From the IMG/VR virus record IMGVR_UViG_3300020153_000001, positions 1 through 64,000 of that record: a stretch of 64,000 bases of DNA; one strand, written 5' to 3'. The notes under the pieces were generated by a model. It searched no databases. It saw only the letters and a program-made list of their open reading frames with translations, and was not told the DNA's origin. The DNA is from a virus. Below are positions 36,474-45,540 of this stretch, in pieces (positions within the stretch are counted from its first letter, which is position 1; every line of letters starts with the position of its first letter). The translations under genes were made by a program, and so were the position numbers.

Positions 36474-37526
36474 TTAATACTCTCTTCTCAAGTCGAAGAC
36501 GTCAGCCACAGCTCTGCCTAATCCATAGCCGGCAAGACCGCCAACAAGACCACGTGCGCCGCTGCGGCCTAAAGCTTTCTTATTCTTAACTGCGCTTTGC
36601 GCGAGTCCTTTCAAAGCCGCCAAACCACCTCCGGCACGCTGGACGCCGGCTTGATATAGACCCTTAGCGGCTCCGGGCACACGCTTCACAAGCGCGCCTA
36701 GCTGCTTAGCGTAGTCTTTAGCGAGTTCGGGCGAGCGCTTCACAAGCGCGCCTAGCTGCTTAGCGTAGTCTTTAGCGATTTCGGGCGATCGCTTCGCAAG
36801 CGCAGCTAAGTGTCTAGCGTAGTCCTTCGCGATTTCGGGCGAGCGCTTCGCAAAATCGCCTAAGCGCTTAATATATTCCTTTGCGGCTTCGGGCGCGTGT
36901 TTCGCAAGTTCACCTATGTGCCTCGCATATTCCTTTGCAATTTCGGGCGAACGCTTCGCAATGTCCCCTAAGACCTTAATATATTGCTTTGCGATTCCAG
37001 GCGTACGCATCAAAAAGTCGGGCACACCCATAGCTTTAACCAGATCTTTCGCTTTCCCAACCGCTCCGGGAAATGCTCCAATACCTGCGCCTGTAGCCGC
37101 AGAAAGCCCGATGAGCCCTTTTCCAAATGGCGTATAACCGCTCTCACCTTTCTCCAACGATCTGAGTGCCTCCTCGATTTGCTTAATAGTATCAGGCGAT
37201 AGGGCCCCGGCGGCGCCGCCTCCTGCGCCCGCTGCACTTAGCGCACCTAATGCGCCTCCACCTCCTCCCCCGCCTCCCCCGGCCTTACCGCCGAATATAG
37301 ATGTAATACCGCTGGCTCCCAGGCCGGCTCCCGCAACGGCCCCCAAAACGGTCAGCAGTGCCGATGTTTTCTTATCAAACCCCAACAGTTGGCTTAAAAT
37401 GAGCGCTGTCATTCCGAGCCCTGCGCCCGGTATAACAATATCCCATACATCAGCAGCCTCTTTCACATAATCATCGTCAAGGGGAATCCTAGAAGCTATA
37501 TTTGCGACGTGATAAATATCATGCAT
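36474..37526 (-). CDS. Membrane-segment protein with Gly linker and 18-aa amphipathic repeats
   Basis: VKEAA followed by hydrophobic Gly-rich helices; repeats AKxYxxxLGxLAKRSP. Confidence 0.8.
   Translation of the reverse strand: MHDIYHVANIASRIPLDDDYVKEAADVWDIVIPGAGLGMTALILSQLLGFDKKTSALLTVLGAVAGAGLGASGITSIFGGKAGGGGGGGGGALGALSAAGAGGGAAGALSPDTIKQIEEALRSLEKGESGYTPFGKGLIGLSAATGAGIGAFPGAVGKAKDLVKAMGVPDFLMRTPGIAKQYIKVLGDIAKRSPEIAKEYARHIGELAKHAPEAAKEYIKRLGDFAKRSPEIAKDYARHLAALAKRSPEIAKDYAKQLGALVKRSPELAKDYAKQLGALVKRVPGAAKGLYQAGVQRAGGGLAALKGLAQSAVKNKKALGRSGARGLVGGLAGYGLGRAVADVFDLRREY
36675..36998 (-). repeat. Six 54-bp (18-aa) coding tandem repeats
   Basis: An identical 43-nt stretch recurs at 36682 and 36736. 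Confidence 0.9.
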
Positions 37527-37579
37527 TATTTTGTCTCCTCTGCCATCAAAGATCGGTCTTTATGCCGTCAACAAGTAAT

Positions 37580-37588
37580 ATTATACCA
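37580..37588 (-). promoter_or_regulatory. Extended -10 element TGGTATAAT
   Basis: 54 nt upstream of the ATG at 37526. Confidence 0.55.
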
Positions 37589-37605
37589 CAAACAACGTTA
37601 AAAGA

Positions 37606-38469
37606 CTATTTCTCTCGTGGTGACGCAAACAAATGCCCTAACAAGCTACCTAAAAACCCCCACCCAGCCCAGCGGGCACCGCGACGTAAAACATCTTTAC
37701 CCGTCAGCCTGAGCCGGCCAATCGAGAATCTAGGAAGAACACCCGCGCTCCTACCTATGTTATTAAGAGAGCGTAGCTGGTTTTCTAGCGTGCGAAGCCG
37801 GGCCTGAGTCTGTCGGTTTAACGGACCCCGTTGACCTAACCGAATCTGTCGGATCTCATTATTGATCACTTCTATAGCCCTAGTAAGGTCGCTATGTCTT
37901 GGCTTGATAGGGATGTCCCCGATTTCTCTTCTTAGTTCTTTTCTTATTTTGTCAAAGTCGGGTATTTCAGGGTTAACCCATCTAGCCCACATGGGTTTTG
38001 TAGCAGCCGAACCAGCTCCGGCTAGTCCACTAAGTCCGGCTGTGGTAGCAGGATCAAACCACGATACAAGGTCGGCCAGAGAACCGATAGCACCTGACGT
38101 CCGACTATCCGGCTCAGGTATCACTCTTGTTACAAACCTCTCTAAACCGCTAACCATACCCTCTAAACGACCGGCGCCACCACCACCGCTAGTATCTTTC
38201 TCTACGTCTAACTTTACTTCTTTTCCCATACTATATAACCCGACGCCAACACCAATTGCAGCTCCAAGGGCGCCTAAGGCCGCGCTCAGCCCAGAAAAGA
38301 TTCCATGCTTTTTATCAAACAAAACGCCAAGCAGAACACCTACTGCGCCGAGACCCAAAGCTGGCGGTAACGTAGCAGTCAAGATCTCCCTTGCTTTTTC
38401 GACATCGAACGCCGCCTTGACATGGTTTTTGTAGGCGCGTATTTCGTTCAGTACGCTGTTGTTGCGCAT
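37606..38469 (-). CDS. Gly-rich membrane-segment protein
   Basis: VKAAF followed by two hydrophobic segments; hydrophobic C-terminus. Confidence 0.75.
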   Translation of the reverse strand: MRNNSVLNEIRAYKNHVKAAFDVEKAREILTATLPPALGLGAVGVLLGVLFDKKHGIFSGLSAALGALGAAIGVGVGLYSMGKEVKLDVEKDTSGGGGAGRLEGMVSGLERFVTRVIPEPDSRTSGAIGSLADLVSWFDPATTAGLSGLAGAGSAATKPMWARWVNPEIPDFDKIRKELRREIGDIPIKPRHSDLTRAIEVINNEIRQIRLGQRGPLNRQTQARLRTLENQLRSLNNIGRSAGVLPRFSIGRLRLTGKDVLRRGARWAGWGFLGSLLGHLFASPREK

Positions 38470-38500
38470 AGCAAGGCCCTGTTCGTTACCTCGTTATTAT

Positions 38501-38764
38501 TCACTTAGATACGTACTTCTTACGCGTCGAACTCCACCGATAGCGCAACGGGGCAGTATAGCCGGTACCAGGCTTTTTGCCCTTAGCACGAGCAAGTGCT
38601 ATGCGAGCCTTGACTTCGGCGGGCATTTCTTCGCCGTATTCGCGTTTAAGGGATCTATATATCTCTTTTGCCTTTTCCGGATAGTTCTTCTCCGTAAAAC
38701 TCTTGGACTTTCTTCCCGATTTCACAAGCTCTGCAAGCTTCTGCAGCGGATATAGGCAAAACAT
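38501..38764 (-). CDS. Small basic protein
   Basis: 87 aa, Lys/Arg-rich, QKLAE motif. Confidence 0.65.
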   Translation of the reverse strand: MFCLYPLQKLAELVKSGRKSKSFTEKNYPEKAKEIYRSLKREYGEEMPAEVKARIALARAKGKKPGTGYTAPLRYRWSSTRKKYVSK

Positions 38765-38785
38765 AAGTAAAGCTCTCCTTTACGG

Positions 38786-40132
38786 CTAGACCAATGATTC
38801 TTCTTTGCCTCTTTCTGGTTCAGCTAAATTAAACATACCGGACGACATTCCAGTAGCGATCCGATCTAGCTCTCTGTTGAGAGATACAAGCGAGTTCGTA
38901 TGGAATGTGTCTAGAACGCCGCCAGATTGCAACGCGATACGCAGATACATACGGATGAGGTTAGGTTGCTGCATGGCTCTGGGAGCCAGTCGGCTTAGCG
39001 CGTTATATACCTTCACAATTTCATCGGAAGGATACTTGCTTATAACAGGGTCATTTGCCATCAAGTAAATAAGATAGCTTTTGACCTTAAGCGACGCAGC
39101 TTCGATATTCATTGAAACGTCTTTCGGCTTTACTACTGACGGCTGTGTCTTTCCGAAAATTTCGCCAACAGACTGACCGAAGCTAGAGATAGAGCCCACA
39201 TCAGGGAACATGGAAGACTTGGCCTCTTTCCTAAAGTCGAGCTCTGGGAAAATGGTTTGCCACCGCTCGGGCTCAAGCTCTGGGAAGATGGTTCCGTAGA
39301 TAGGCCTTCTCAGGTCGGCAATATCAAGTTTCTTCTTCGGCGGAGATGCGAAATTGGCAAGCTTTTCTGCCTTAACGGCCTCTAAATACTCGTTGCAGCA
39401 GTCAACAGCCTGTTTAATAAGCGAATATGGAGGTCGTTTGGCGTCGAATATCGGGTCGTTCGAGTAAATAGGAGGATGTTTTAGATTGGCCACGTCAAGC
39501 GCCAGCTTGACGATGGTCTCTCCCTCTTTACCAAATACAGCTACAGCGTTTTGCTTGACAACGTCGGGGTGGACAGAACCGTGACAAGAAAAATACTGTG
39601 CAAGTGCGTCAATAGCATTAGCAAAGCGCCGTTCTGATGCTAGCTTAGCAATTCCGGCTTCTTTCCTTGCTTGGTCAGCCACAAACGGCGTTACGTCTTT
39701 TCTATTAGGCTTTGGTCTGTCTAACGAAGCTAGTTTAATGCTAGCAGACCCTGTTTTAATGGTTGTGGGTCTTATAACGCTACTAACCGGAAGCTTCCAG
39801 TCAGAAGATACCGCTGCAGACTCGTTATAGGAAGGTTGACTAGCAGTCTTTATTGATGTATTTCGGCTAAATACGGCTTTTACGACGTCTTCTGCGTTTA
39901 TAACGCGGGGTACTTCGGCGCGCTTGTCTAAATCTTCTAGTTGAGATAGAGAAGCGGCCGTATTATACGCGCGGACGACCATTCTTATTTGGTCTTTTGT
40001 AAGGTCATAAACCCTTGCGATTTTGACCGCGGCGGTCTGTGGCTCCTCCCCCATTTCTACTAGGTCAATAAGCTCGTTGGCCGCCTTCTTGATCTTCTCT
40101 TTTGTAGCCGGCGTTATGCGCTTAGCTGCCAT
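38786..40132 (-). CDS. Hypothetical (putative inner-head) protein with multiple K-x-A motifs
   Basis: IKKAA, IKTAS, IKLAS, AKLAS, EKLAN, RKEAK; SD supplied by palindrome copy 9. Confidence 0.8.
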   Translation of the reverse strand: MAAKRITPATKEKIKKAANELIDLVEMGEEPQTAAVKIARVYDLTKDQIRMVVRAYNTAASLSQLEDLDKRAEVPRVINAEDVVKAVFSRNTSIKTASQPSYNESAAVSSDWKLPVSSVIRPTTIKTGSASIKLASLDRPKPNRKDVTPFVADQARKEAGIAKLASERRFANAIDALAQYFSCHGSVHPDVVKQNAVAVFGKEGETIVKLALDVANLKHPPIYSNDPIFDAKRPPYSLIKQAVDCCNEYLEAVKAEKLANFASPPKKKLDIADLRRPIYGTIFPELEPERWQTIFPELDFRKEAKSSMFPDVGSISSFGQSVGEIFGKTQPSVVKPKDVSMNIEAASLKVKSYLIYLMANDPVISKYPSDEIVKVYNALSRLAPRAMQQPNLIRMYLRIALQSGGVLDTFHTNSLVSLNRELDRIATGMSSGMFNLAEPERGKEESLV

Positions 40133-40904
40133 TTTTTGACTCCGGAGTCAAAATTTCAAAGTTCGGCACTAATTTGGCGCTTTCGAGAAGCTTCTTGTCA
40201 CCCCAGTTCCAACCCAGTCGGCTTATGCTGTCAGCCAGGACTTTATGCAGATTGTCGATTTCTGGTCTCTTCGCGTCATCTGACACGGCCGACAGGAACT
40301 TCTCGGCGTTTGTTTCGACAAGTCTATCGCTAAACGCTACCTTAACAGCTAGACGTCGCAGGGCAGTTTGCTTAAGGCATATCTTCCAGAAATCTTTACT
40401 CGAAACGCCGGACATTATCGAAGCATCATATATCACCTCGTCGATAACTTCCTTACCGCCGCAGAACGCAAAGAACTTCCATATAGCCTCCCTGGACGGC
40501 TTACCATCAATTACTTCTATAATGGGGTATATAAGCCGTTGGAATATGTAGCTGTGATTGTTCAACCTATCTCTTATATTATAAAACCAAGCTTCGTAAA
40601 ACCGCACGACGTCACTAGATGCGGATAGTCTGCTGGCTATATCGTTGTCAGACTGACCGGCTATAATCCTTGCCTCAATTTCCCACTTCACCGAAGCCAA
40701 CACTTCTTTGGAGTAAATGCTCTCAGCCGTACGCTGCTCAGAAGTTTGCTTGCCGCGCATGTAATCTATAGCTAAAAGCACATAATCATCGTTATCGTCG
40801 GTACGCGGCAATTCTGAATTGTCCTTGAGCGTTTGCGCACGGCGCCATCGCCAGTCCGGTGGTCGCCATATATCGGACTTGGTAAATTCGTGCTCTGATT
40901 TCAT
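40122..40904 (-). CDS. Hypothetical protein (possible HTH; small-terminase-like candidate)
   Basis: 260 aa; IAGQSDNDIASRLS HTH-like segment; C-terminal LTPESK is encoded by the palindrome. Confidence 0.6.
   Translation of the reverse strand: MKSEHEFTKSDIWRPPDWRWRRAQTLKDNSELPRTDDNDDYVLLAIDYMRGKQTSEQRTAESIYSKEVLASVKWEIEARIIAGQSDNDIASRLSASSDVVRFYEAWFYNIRDRLNNHSYIFQRLIYPIIEVIDGKPSREAIWKFFAFCGGKEVIDEVIYDASIMSGVSSKDFWKICLKQTALRRLAVKVAFSDRLVETNAEKFLSAVSDDAKRPEIDNLHKVLADSISRLGWNWGDKKLLESAKLVPNFEILTPESKNGS
40134..40153. repeat. Palindrome copy 9 (perfect)
   Basis: Inside the 3' end of 40122-40904; 1 nt before the ATG at 40132. Confidence 0.95.
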
Positions 40905-41308
40905 TACATGATAGCTCCGCCAACGTGAATTACAAGCGACAAAGCAAACTTAGAGTTAGCCGGTATGTTGCTGCCAGCGGTTATCTTCAGAAACAATGTT
41001 CCGCCGGCAGCATCCCGACGGCTGACAACCGAATAAGCCGCCTCTCCGATATATTGAACAGGGGCAGAGGTTTGCGTGGGTATAACTTCGCAAATATGAT
41101 TATACGCCTGGTCCGTGCTAGAAGGTTGGGCGTCGTATAGATCCACTGCCGTTATTGTTGGCACTCCATCTGACTCTACCGCCAGCGAGAAGCGCTTGAT
41201 CAGCCCTTCGGCGGGCACGGGGATGGAAAATACCACTGAAGTAGCCTCTTGCGCTACAACTAGCGGATTTCCTGTAACAGTCGAACGTTTAATTTCGTGT
41301 ATTTTCAT
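40904..41308 (-). CDS. Small beta-sandwich (structural-like) protein
   Basis: 134 aa with alternating beta pattern. Confidence 0.65.
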   Translation of the reverse strand: MKIHEIKRSTVTGNPLVVAQEATSVVFSIPVPAEGLIKRFSLAVESDGVPTITAVDLYDAQPSSTDQAYNHICEVIPTQTSAPVQYIGEAAYSVVSRRDAAGGTLFLKITAGSNIPANSKFALSLVIHVGGAIM

Positions 41309-41314
41309 ATCTTG

Positions 41315-43555
41315 TTATCCTAACTCTCTAGCCGAACCAAATTCGCCAGTACCTTCATCGATATGCCGTGTCGTTGCAGTCTGCTGCTGCTCTTTTAGCA
41401 TTACGGCTAGCTTGCCTAATTGTTTGAATTGAGCAGAAAGCATATTCTTAATTCGTTCGACGTCGTATTGTCCGTAACGCTTCTCGAAATCGTCGCTATG
41501 CCAATAGAACGTAAATAGAATACGACCTAGCGCGTCGACGGCCTGTAATACGTCAGGTAAGTGCTTGTCTATGATTTCTCTGTCGTCTGCGATAGATAGA
41601 AGCGAAGACAAAGTAGTTGTGTCGAATACTTCTTTTTGGCCCGTTTGGGCTGCTTCTTGTACAGCCCTTACAAGTTCTGGATTTAACGGCTCATTAGCCC
41701 GACGTCGAACGGGCATAATCCCTTTCACGGAAGATACTGTCATCAGGTATCTTAGACCTGGCTTTGTAGGCACTTGGCTCCCAAAGAGCATATCAGGAAC
41801 GGTAGGGGGTTCTATCATTCCGGGGGCTGGTGTTAGCCTTGGATCAAGTGATATCTGCTCGGCTTGTTTCTCGATAATCCATCTCGTTCCTTGCCGCGTC
41901 GACTTATTTAGAACATCTTCTGCAGACTTTTCGCTAAGCCCATACACAATGAGCAGATCGCTTATTGCTTGCTTACGATCTTTATCTTCGCCGTTTATCG
42001 CGTAATGATCTTTGTTGAACTTGATAACAACGAGCTCGTCGAAATCTCCTTTTGCCACCCTCTTTTGGAGTATATCCGGTCTGCCAGTAAAGTTTAGTTT
42101 CTTGACCTTCTTGTAAGTTATTGGAACAGCTCTCGCGTCTGGCGGTACGAATATGCTATGAGCGCCGAACACAATATTACCGGTCGGCGTTTCTTTGATC
42201 TCAACAGGTTTGTCTTCCGCGCTGGCTCGCAAACCGATACTATGGCCGTCTCGTCCAGCATGTCCAGATACAACAACACGGATAACACTATTTTCTTTAT
42301 CTATAATAATGAATTCTTCATCGCCGAACGTCTTGTTAGTTATCTCTCGAATTATCCCTCTAGGCGTAATGCTGCGTTTTTCCAAGGCTTTATGGAACTT
42401 TTCATCTGGCTCTTTGCTATCGACCTGTACGAGTAGATCGTGCGGATGATAAACATATTTTTCGTCTTTATCGCCGAGAAATTCGACGTATATCCTGGTC
42501 GGTAGATCGCTATAGTACTTATTGGGATACGGTTCGGCAAAATCTACGGATCGAGATGTCGAGCAAAGCCGAGGCGGTACTCTGAACGGTATAACAAGCG
42601 CTCGATGGAACTTGCCATCTTCCCCGCACAGTACTTTGTATATGCCGGGCTCGCTCACGCCGGACTGAATCTGCTCTCGTAGCGTTATCTCAACGTCATC
42701 CGCCTTGGCATATTTCGAGAATGCTTTACGCTTGTCTATTATAAAATAGCCATTCTTTTTAAGCTTAATTTTATCTTCGACAGACAGCCTAGGATCATTA
42801 ATGTCATCTGTCGTTAGTACTTCAACTGCGGCAGTCTTTACTTGCTGACGTTTCGTAGGCTGATATAGTATCGATTGGCCGGCTTTGACAGACCCTTTGG
42901 CTATCTTTAGAAGCCTGTCCACGCCGAAACTCTTATATAGCTTAATAGCGGGCCAGGCCTCGCTAAGCTTTATAAATGCAGCAGCTATTTTTGGACTATT
43001 AGCAATAGCTCGCTCTAGGTTAACGCCTTTCAGTCTTGGCGGATTGTACCTAGCATACGCAATATCTGGCAAATAATTCGTTAACCAATCGGCACTAGCT
43101 GCCTTGGTCGGCAGAAAACGCAGAAAGTCCATGGTGGGCTGAATCGGCCGGATATTCTCCGACACAAGCGTGCCGAGCGGCATATGATGATGCATCATAA
43201 GATGGTCAATCCACTCCGGTATCTTCGGCACGAATATATTACCCTCTGCCAACCACAACAGCTCGTTGCCGACTAGCTCGCCTTTATTGAAAAAGAACGG
43301 CGCAAGAGCAAGCTTACCGCCGATATCAAGCCCCATTACACCAATGGCTTTTCTTTCGTCTTCGCTTTTCTCGATAACCTGGAACCCCAGCATCCGCTCT
43401 GACAGCTGAGGGAACTGATCTATCATCACGGCCATGACGAGATTCGAGAACGCCTTCTCAAACTCTGTCGAACTAGAAGTATCGTCGGCCTTTTTGATGC
43501 CGCGAAGACTGGCAAGTTTGCTTAAAACGGCCTTGCTGGCGAGATAGTTTTGCAT
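41315..43555 (-). CDS. Large hypothetical protein with K-x-A motifs
   Basis: 746 aa; IKKAD, TKAAS, VKTAA, EKQAE. Confidence 0.85.
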   Translation of the reverse strand: MQNYLASKAVLSKLASLRGIKKADDTSSSTEFEKAFSNLVMAVMIDQFPQLSERMLGFQVIEKSEDERKAIGVMGLDIGGKLALAPFFFNKGELVGNELLWLAEGNIFVPKIPEWIDHLMMHHHMPLGTLVSENIRPIQPTMDFLRFLPTKAASADWLTNYLPDIAYARYNPPRLKGVNLERAIANSPKIAAAFIKLSEAWPAIKLYKSFGVDRLLKIAKGSVKAGQSILYQPTKRQQVKTAAVEVLTTDDINDPRLSVEDKIKLKKNGYFIIDKRKAFSKYAKADDVEITLREQIQSGVSEPGIYKVLCGEDGKFHRALVIPFRVPPRLCSTSRSVDFAEPYPNKYYSDLPTRIYVEFLGDKDEKYVYHPHDLLVQVDSKEPDEKFHKALEKRSITPRGIIREITNKTFGDEEFIIIDKENSVIRVVVSGHAGRDGHSIGLRASAEDKPVEIKETPTGNIVFGAHSIFVPPDARAVPITYKKVKKLNFTGRPDILQKRVAKGDFDELVVIKFNKDHYAINGEDKDRKQAISDLLIVYGLSEKSAEDVLNKSTRQGTRWIIEKQAEQISLDPRLTPAPGMIEPPTVPDMLFGSQVPTKPGLRYLMTVSSVKGIMPVRRRANEPLNPELVRAVQEAAQTGQKEVFDTTTLSSLLSIADDREIIDKHLPDVLQAVDALGRILFTFYWHSDDFEKRYGQYDVERIKNMLSAQFKQLGKLAVMLKEQQQTATTRHIDEGTGEFGSARELG

Positions 43556-43575
43556 AACTAGGCTCCGTTTCGCCG

Positions 43576-44061
43576 TTATCGTCGAAAGACCGCTGATAAA
43601 ATACTAGCGACCGCGTAAAGTATGGATCCTAGAACGCCTAGTATGATTATGCCACTGGTAACAATCACATTAACGACGACGTTTACCACAACTCCACCTG
43701 CTTTGGCTGTGCGGCGGCTTCTTCCCTTCTTTCTAAAACTAAATATCGACAGCAAAAAATCTTTCACGCTGACTGCTGCATTATATAGAGCTAATAATGC
43801 AGACCTTAACGCATTCACTACAGAAAGACAGACCGCGCACAATAACGACTGAACGGCAAGAAATATGTCGTACAGGTGTAAGCTATCAATAGGCACTTCT
43901 GCTGGCGAATATCTGAGTTTGAACGTCGTGCTTCTACGCTCCTTGCCAAATATTTTGGCGAAAAGATTGTACACAGCGGTAAGAAGATATCCCGCCATAA
44001 CGCTCATAATTTCCACAAACGTCATAAGTTGCCTTTTAACCCTTTCCCAAGTTTCGTTCAT
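43576..44061 (-). CDS. Multi-pass membrane protein
   Basis: Three hydrophobic segments separated by basic clusters; AAGGAG SD. Confidence 0.65.
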   Translation of the reverse strand: MNETWERVKRQLMTFVEIMSVMAGYLLTAVYNLFAKIFGKERRSTTFKLRYSPAEVPIDSLHLYDIFLAVQSLLCAVCLSVVNALRSALLALYNAAVSVKDFLLSIFSFRKKGRSRRTAKAGGVVVNVVVNVIVTSGIIILGVLGSILYAVASILSAVFRR

Positions 44062-44290
44062 TGTTTCTTTGCTCCTTTCGCTTATTTATGATATACTGCA
44101 GACACAGCCTGGCAAAATAATACGTCCTCCAGTTGCTTAGCTCGCCGGATTGATAAAAGTCGTTAACATCCTTGAGCAGCTCTTTAATCTGATCGTCGTC
44201 GAGACGCGAGAAGCGCTCGATCCCTTCAGGCTCAACAGCCCTGTCGTGGATGATCTTACCAAGCCTTGCTAGCTCTTCTATGTAATCCAT
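44036..44290 (-). CDS. Small hypothetical protein
   Basis: 84-aa helical ORF. Confidence 0.6.
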   Translation of the reverse strand: MDYIEELARLGKIIHDRAVEPEGIERFSRLDDDQIKELLKDVNDFYQSGELSNWRTYYFARLCLQYIINKRKEQRNNERNLGKG

Positions 44291-44355
44291 TCTTAAGATA
44301 TAGCACTGAAGATACGACGTTGGATGTTAGTTCCCGGACCGCTGCCGAAACACAT

Positions 44356-45213
44356 TTAAGCTACTTCCTCTTCAGACGATTCTTCAGGTTCCTCATCGAT
44401 CCGACGCCAGGGCGAATGCCAGATCAGAGGTGATCTCTTTCTACTTTTACGCCGTTCGCCCCACATAACATCAGCCGCAACGTCCGTCATCGTACCCATA
44501 AGTTCGTCCATATTTCTGGCAGTACCTCTAATGGGTTCCTGCCCCGGCGCACGGACCATATAGTTAAATCCACCGTCCGGATTTTGTGTAAATATATACG
44601 AAAACGGCTGGCCGGCGGGCGGCGGACCAAATGCATGGGGATAGTTGTACAAAAAGGTTATTGGACTAAGCACATACCACAGCCACGACCAGAAGCTCCA
44701 AGGATTGACGGGGGGATACCAACCTGGGTACCAACCTGGGTACCACCCCGGATACCAACCTGGGTACCACCCTGGATATACCTGCCCGGCGTATCCCCTC
44801 TGACTTTTCCTAGGCCTTCTACCTGGCGCACCGCCTTGTCTAGGCGGAGGAGTTGTACCGCCGCCTGGCGGAGGAGTTGTACCGCCGCCTGGTGGAGGAG
44901 TTGTACCACCGCCTGGTGGAGGAGTTGTACCGCCGCCTGGTGGAGGAGTTGTACCGCCGCCTGGTGGAGGAGTTGTACCGCCGCCTGGTGGAGGGGTCAT
45001 ACCAGCGCCCGGCGGAGGGGTAGGTCTAGCGCCCGGCGAGGCCATATAGTCCGGGCCTCCAAGTCGCTCTGAAAGGACTCGAGCCGCATGTGGCGACGCG
45101 CCGTATCCAATAAGTGTCTCATCGCTTACGTCGCCGATTTCGGCTAGCCTAGCAAGATCGTCTAACGGCGATTCGGCCGAAAGTTTTTCTAGTTTCTTAA
45201 TCAGTCGGTTCAT
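44356..45213 (-). CDS. Low-complexity Pro/Gly protein with (GGGTTPPP)6 and (PGWY)5
   Basis: Read from the translation; AAGGGAG SD. Confidence 0.8.
   Translation of the reverse strand: MNRLIKKLEKLSAESPLDDLARLAEIGDVSDETLIGYGASPHAARVLSERLGGPDYMASPGARPTPPPGAGMTPPPGGGTTPPPGGGTTPPPGGGTTPPPGGGTTPPPGGGTTPPPGGGTTPPPRQGGAPGRRPRKSQRGYAGQVYPGWYPGWYPGWYPGWYPGWYPPVNPWSFWSWLWYVLSPITFLYNYPHAFGPPPAGQPFSYIFTQNPDGGFNYMVRAPGQEPIRGTARNMDELMGTMTDVAADVMWGERRKSRKRSPLIWHSPWRRIDEEPEESSEEEVA
44713..44778 (-). repeat. 12-bp coding repeat x5 (PGWY)
   Basis: Synonymously diverged units. Confidence 0.9.
44843..45018 (-). repeat. 24-bp coding tandem repeat x6 plus one variant unit
   Basis: Plus-strand unit GGYGGAGGAGTTGTACCRCCGCCT. 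Confidence 0.95.
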
Positions 45214-45520
45214 CGTCGTCTCCCTTTTTATCTATCTCTATGCGAACGCCGTCTTTTGTTATCTCGGATATAAACTCGGCCATACTAGGCCCATGATATA
45301 CTAAGCGGTCATTTTCTATATTAACTTGTATAGAATTTTGGCTGTTTCGCTTTATCCCTCCTATAATATCCATTATAAATGAATCCGGTTTAGAATCTGA
45401 TACGCATTTCGATACAAAGACTACTCCCGACGCGATTTCAAAGGCCATTAATGGCTCGGACTCGTCTTTCCATATAACAACCAAAAACTCGTCATTAGTA
45501 GATGAGATCGTTATAAACAT
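45197..45520 (-). CDS. Small acidic hypothetical protein
   Basis: 107 aa with AGGA SD. Confidence 0.65.
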   Translation of the reverse strand: MFITISSTNDEFLVVIWKDESEPLMAFEIASGVVFVSKCVSDSKPDSFIMDIIGGIKRNSQNSIQVNIENDRLVYHGPSMAEFISEITKDGVRIEIDKKGDDDEPTD

Positions 45521-45540
45521 TGTCCTGTCCTATCGTGCTT

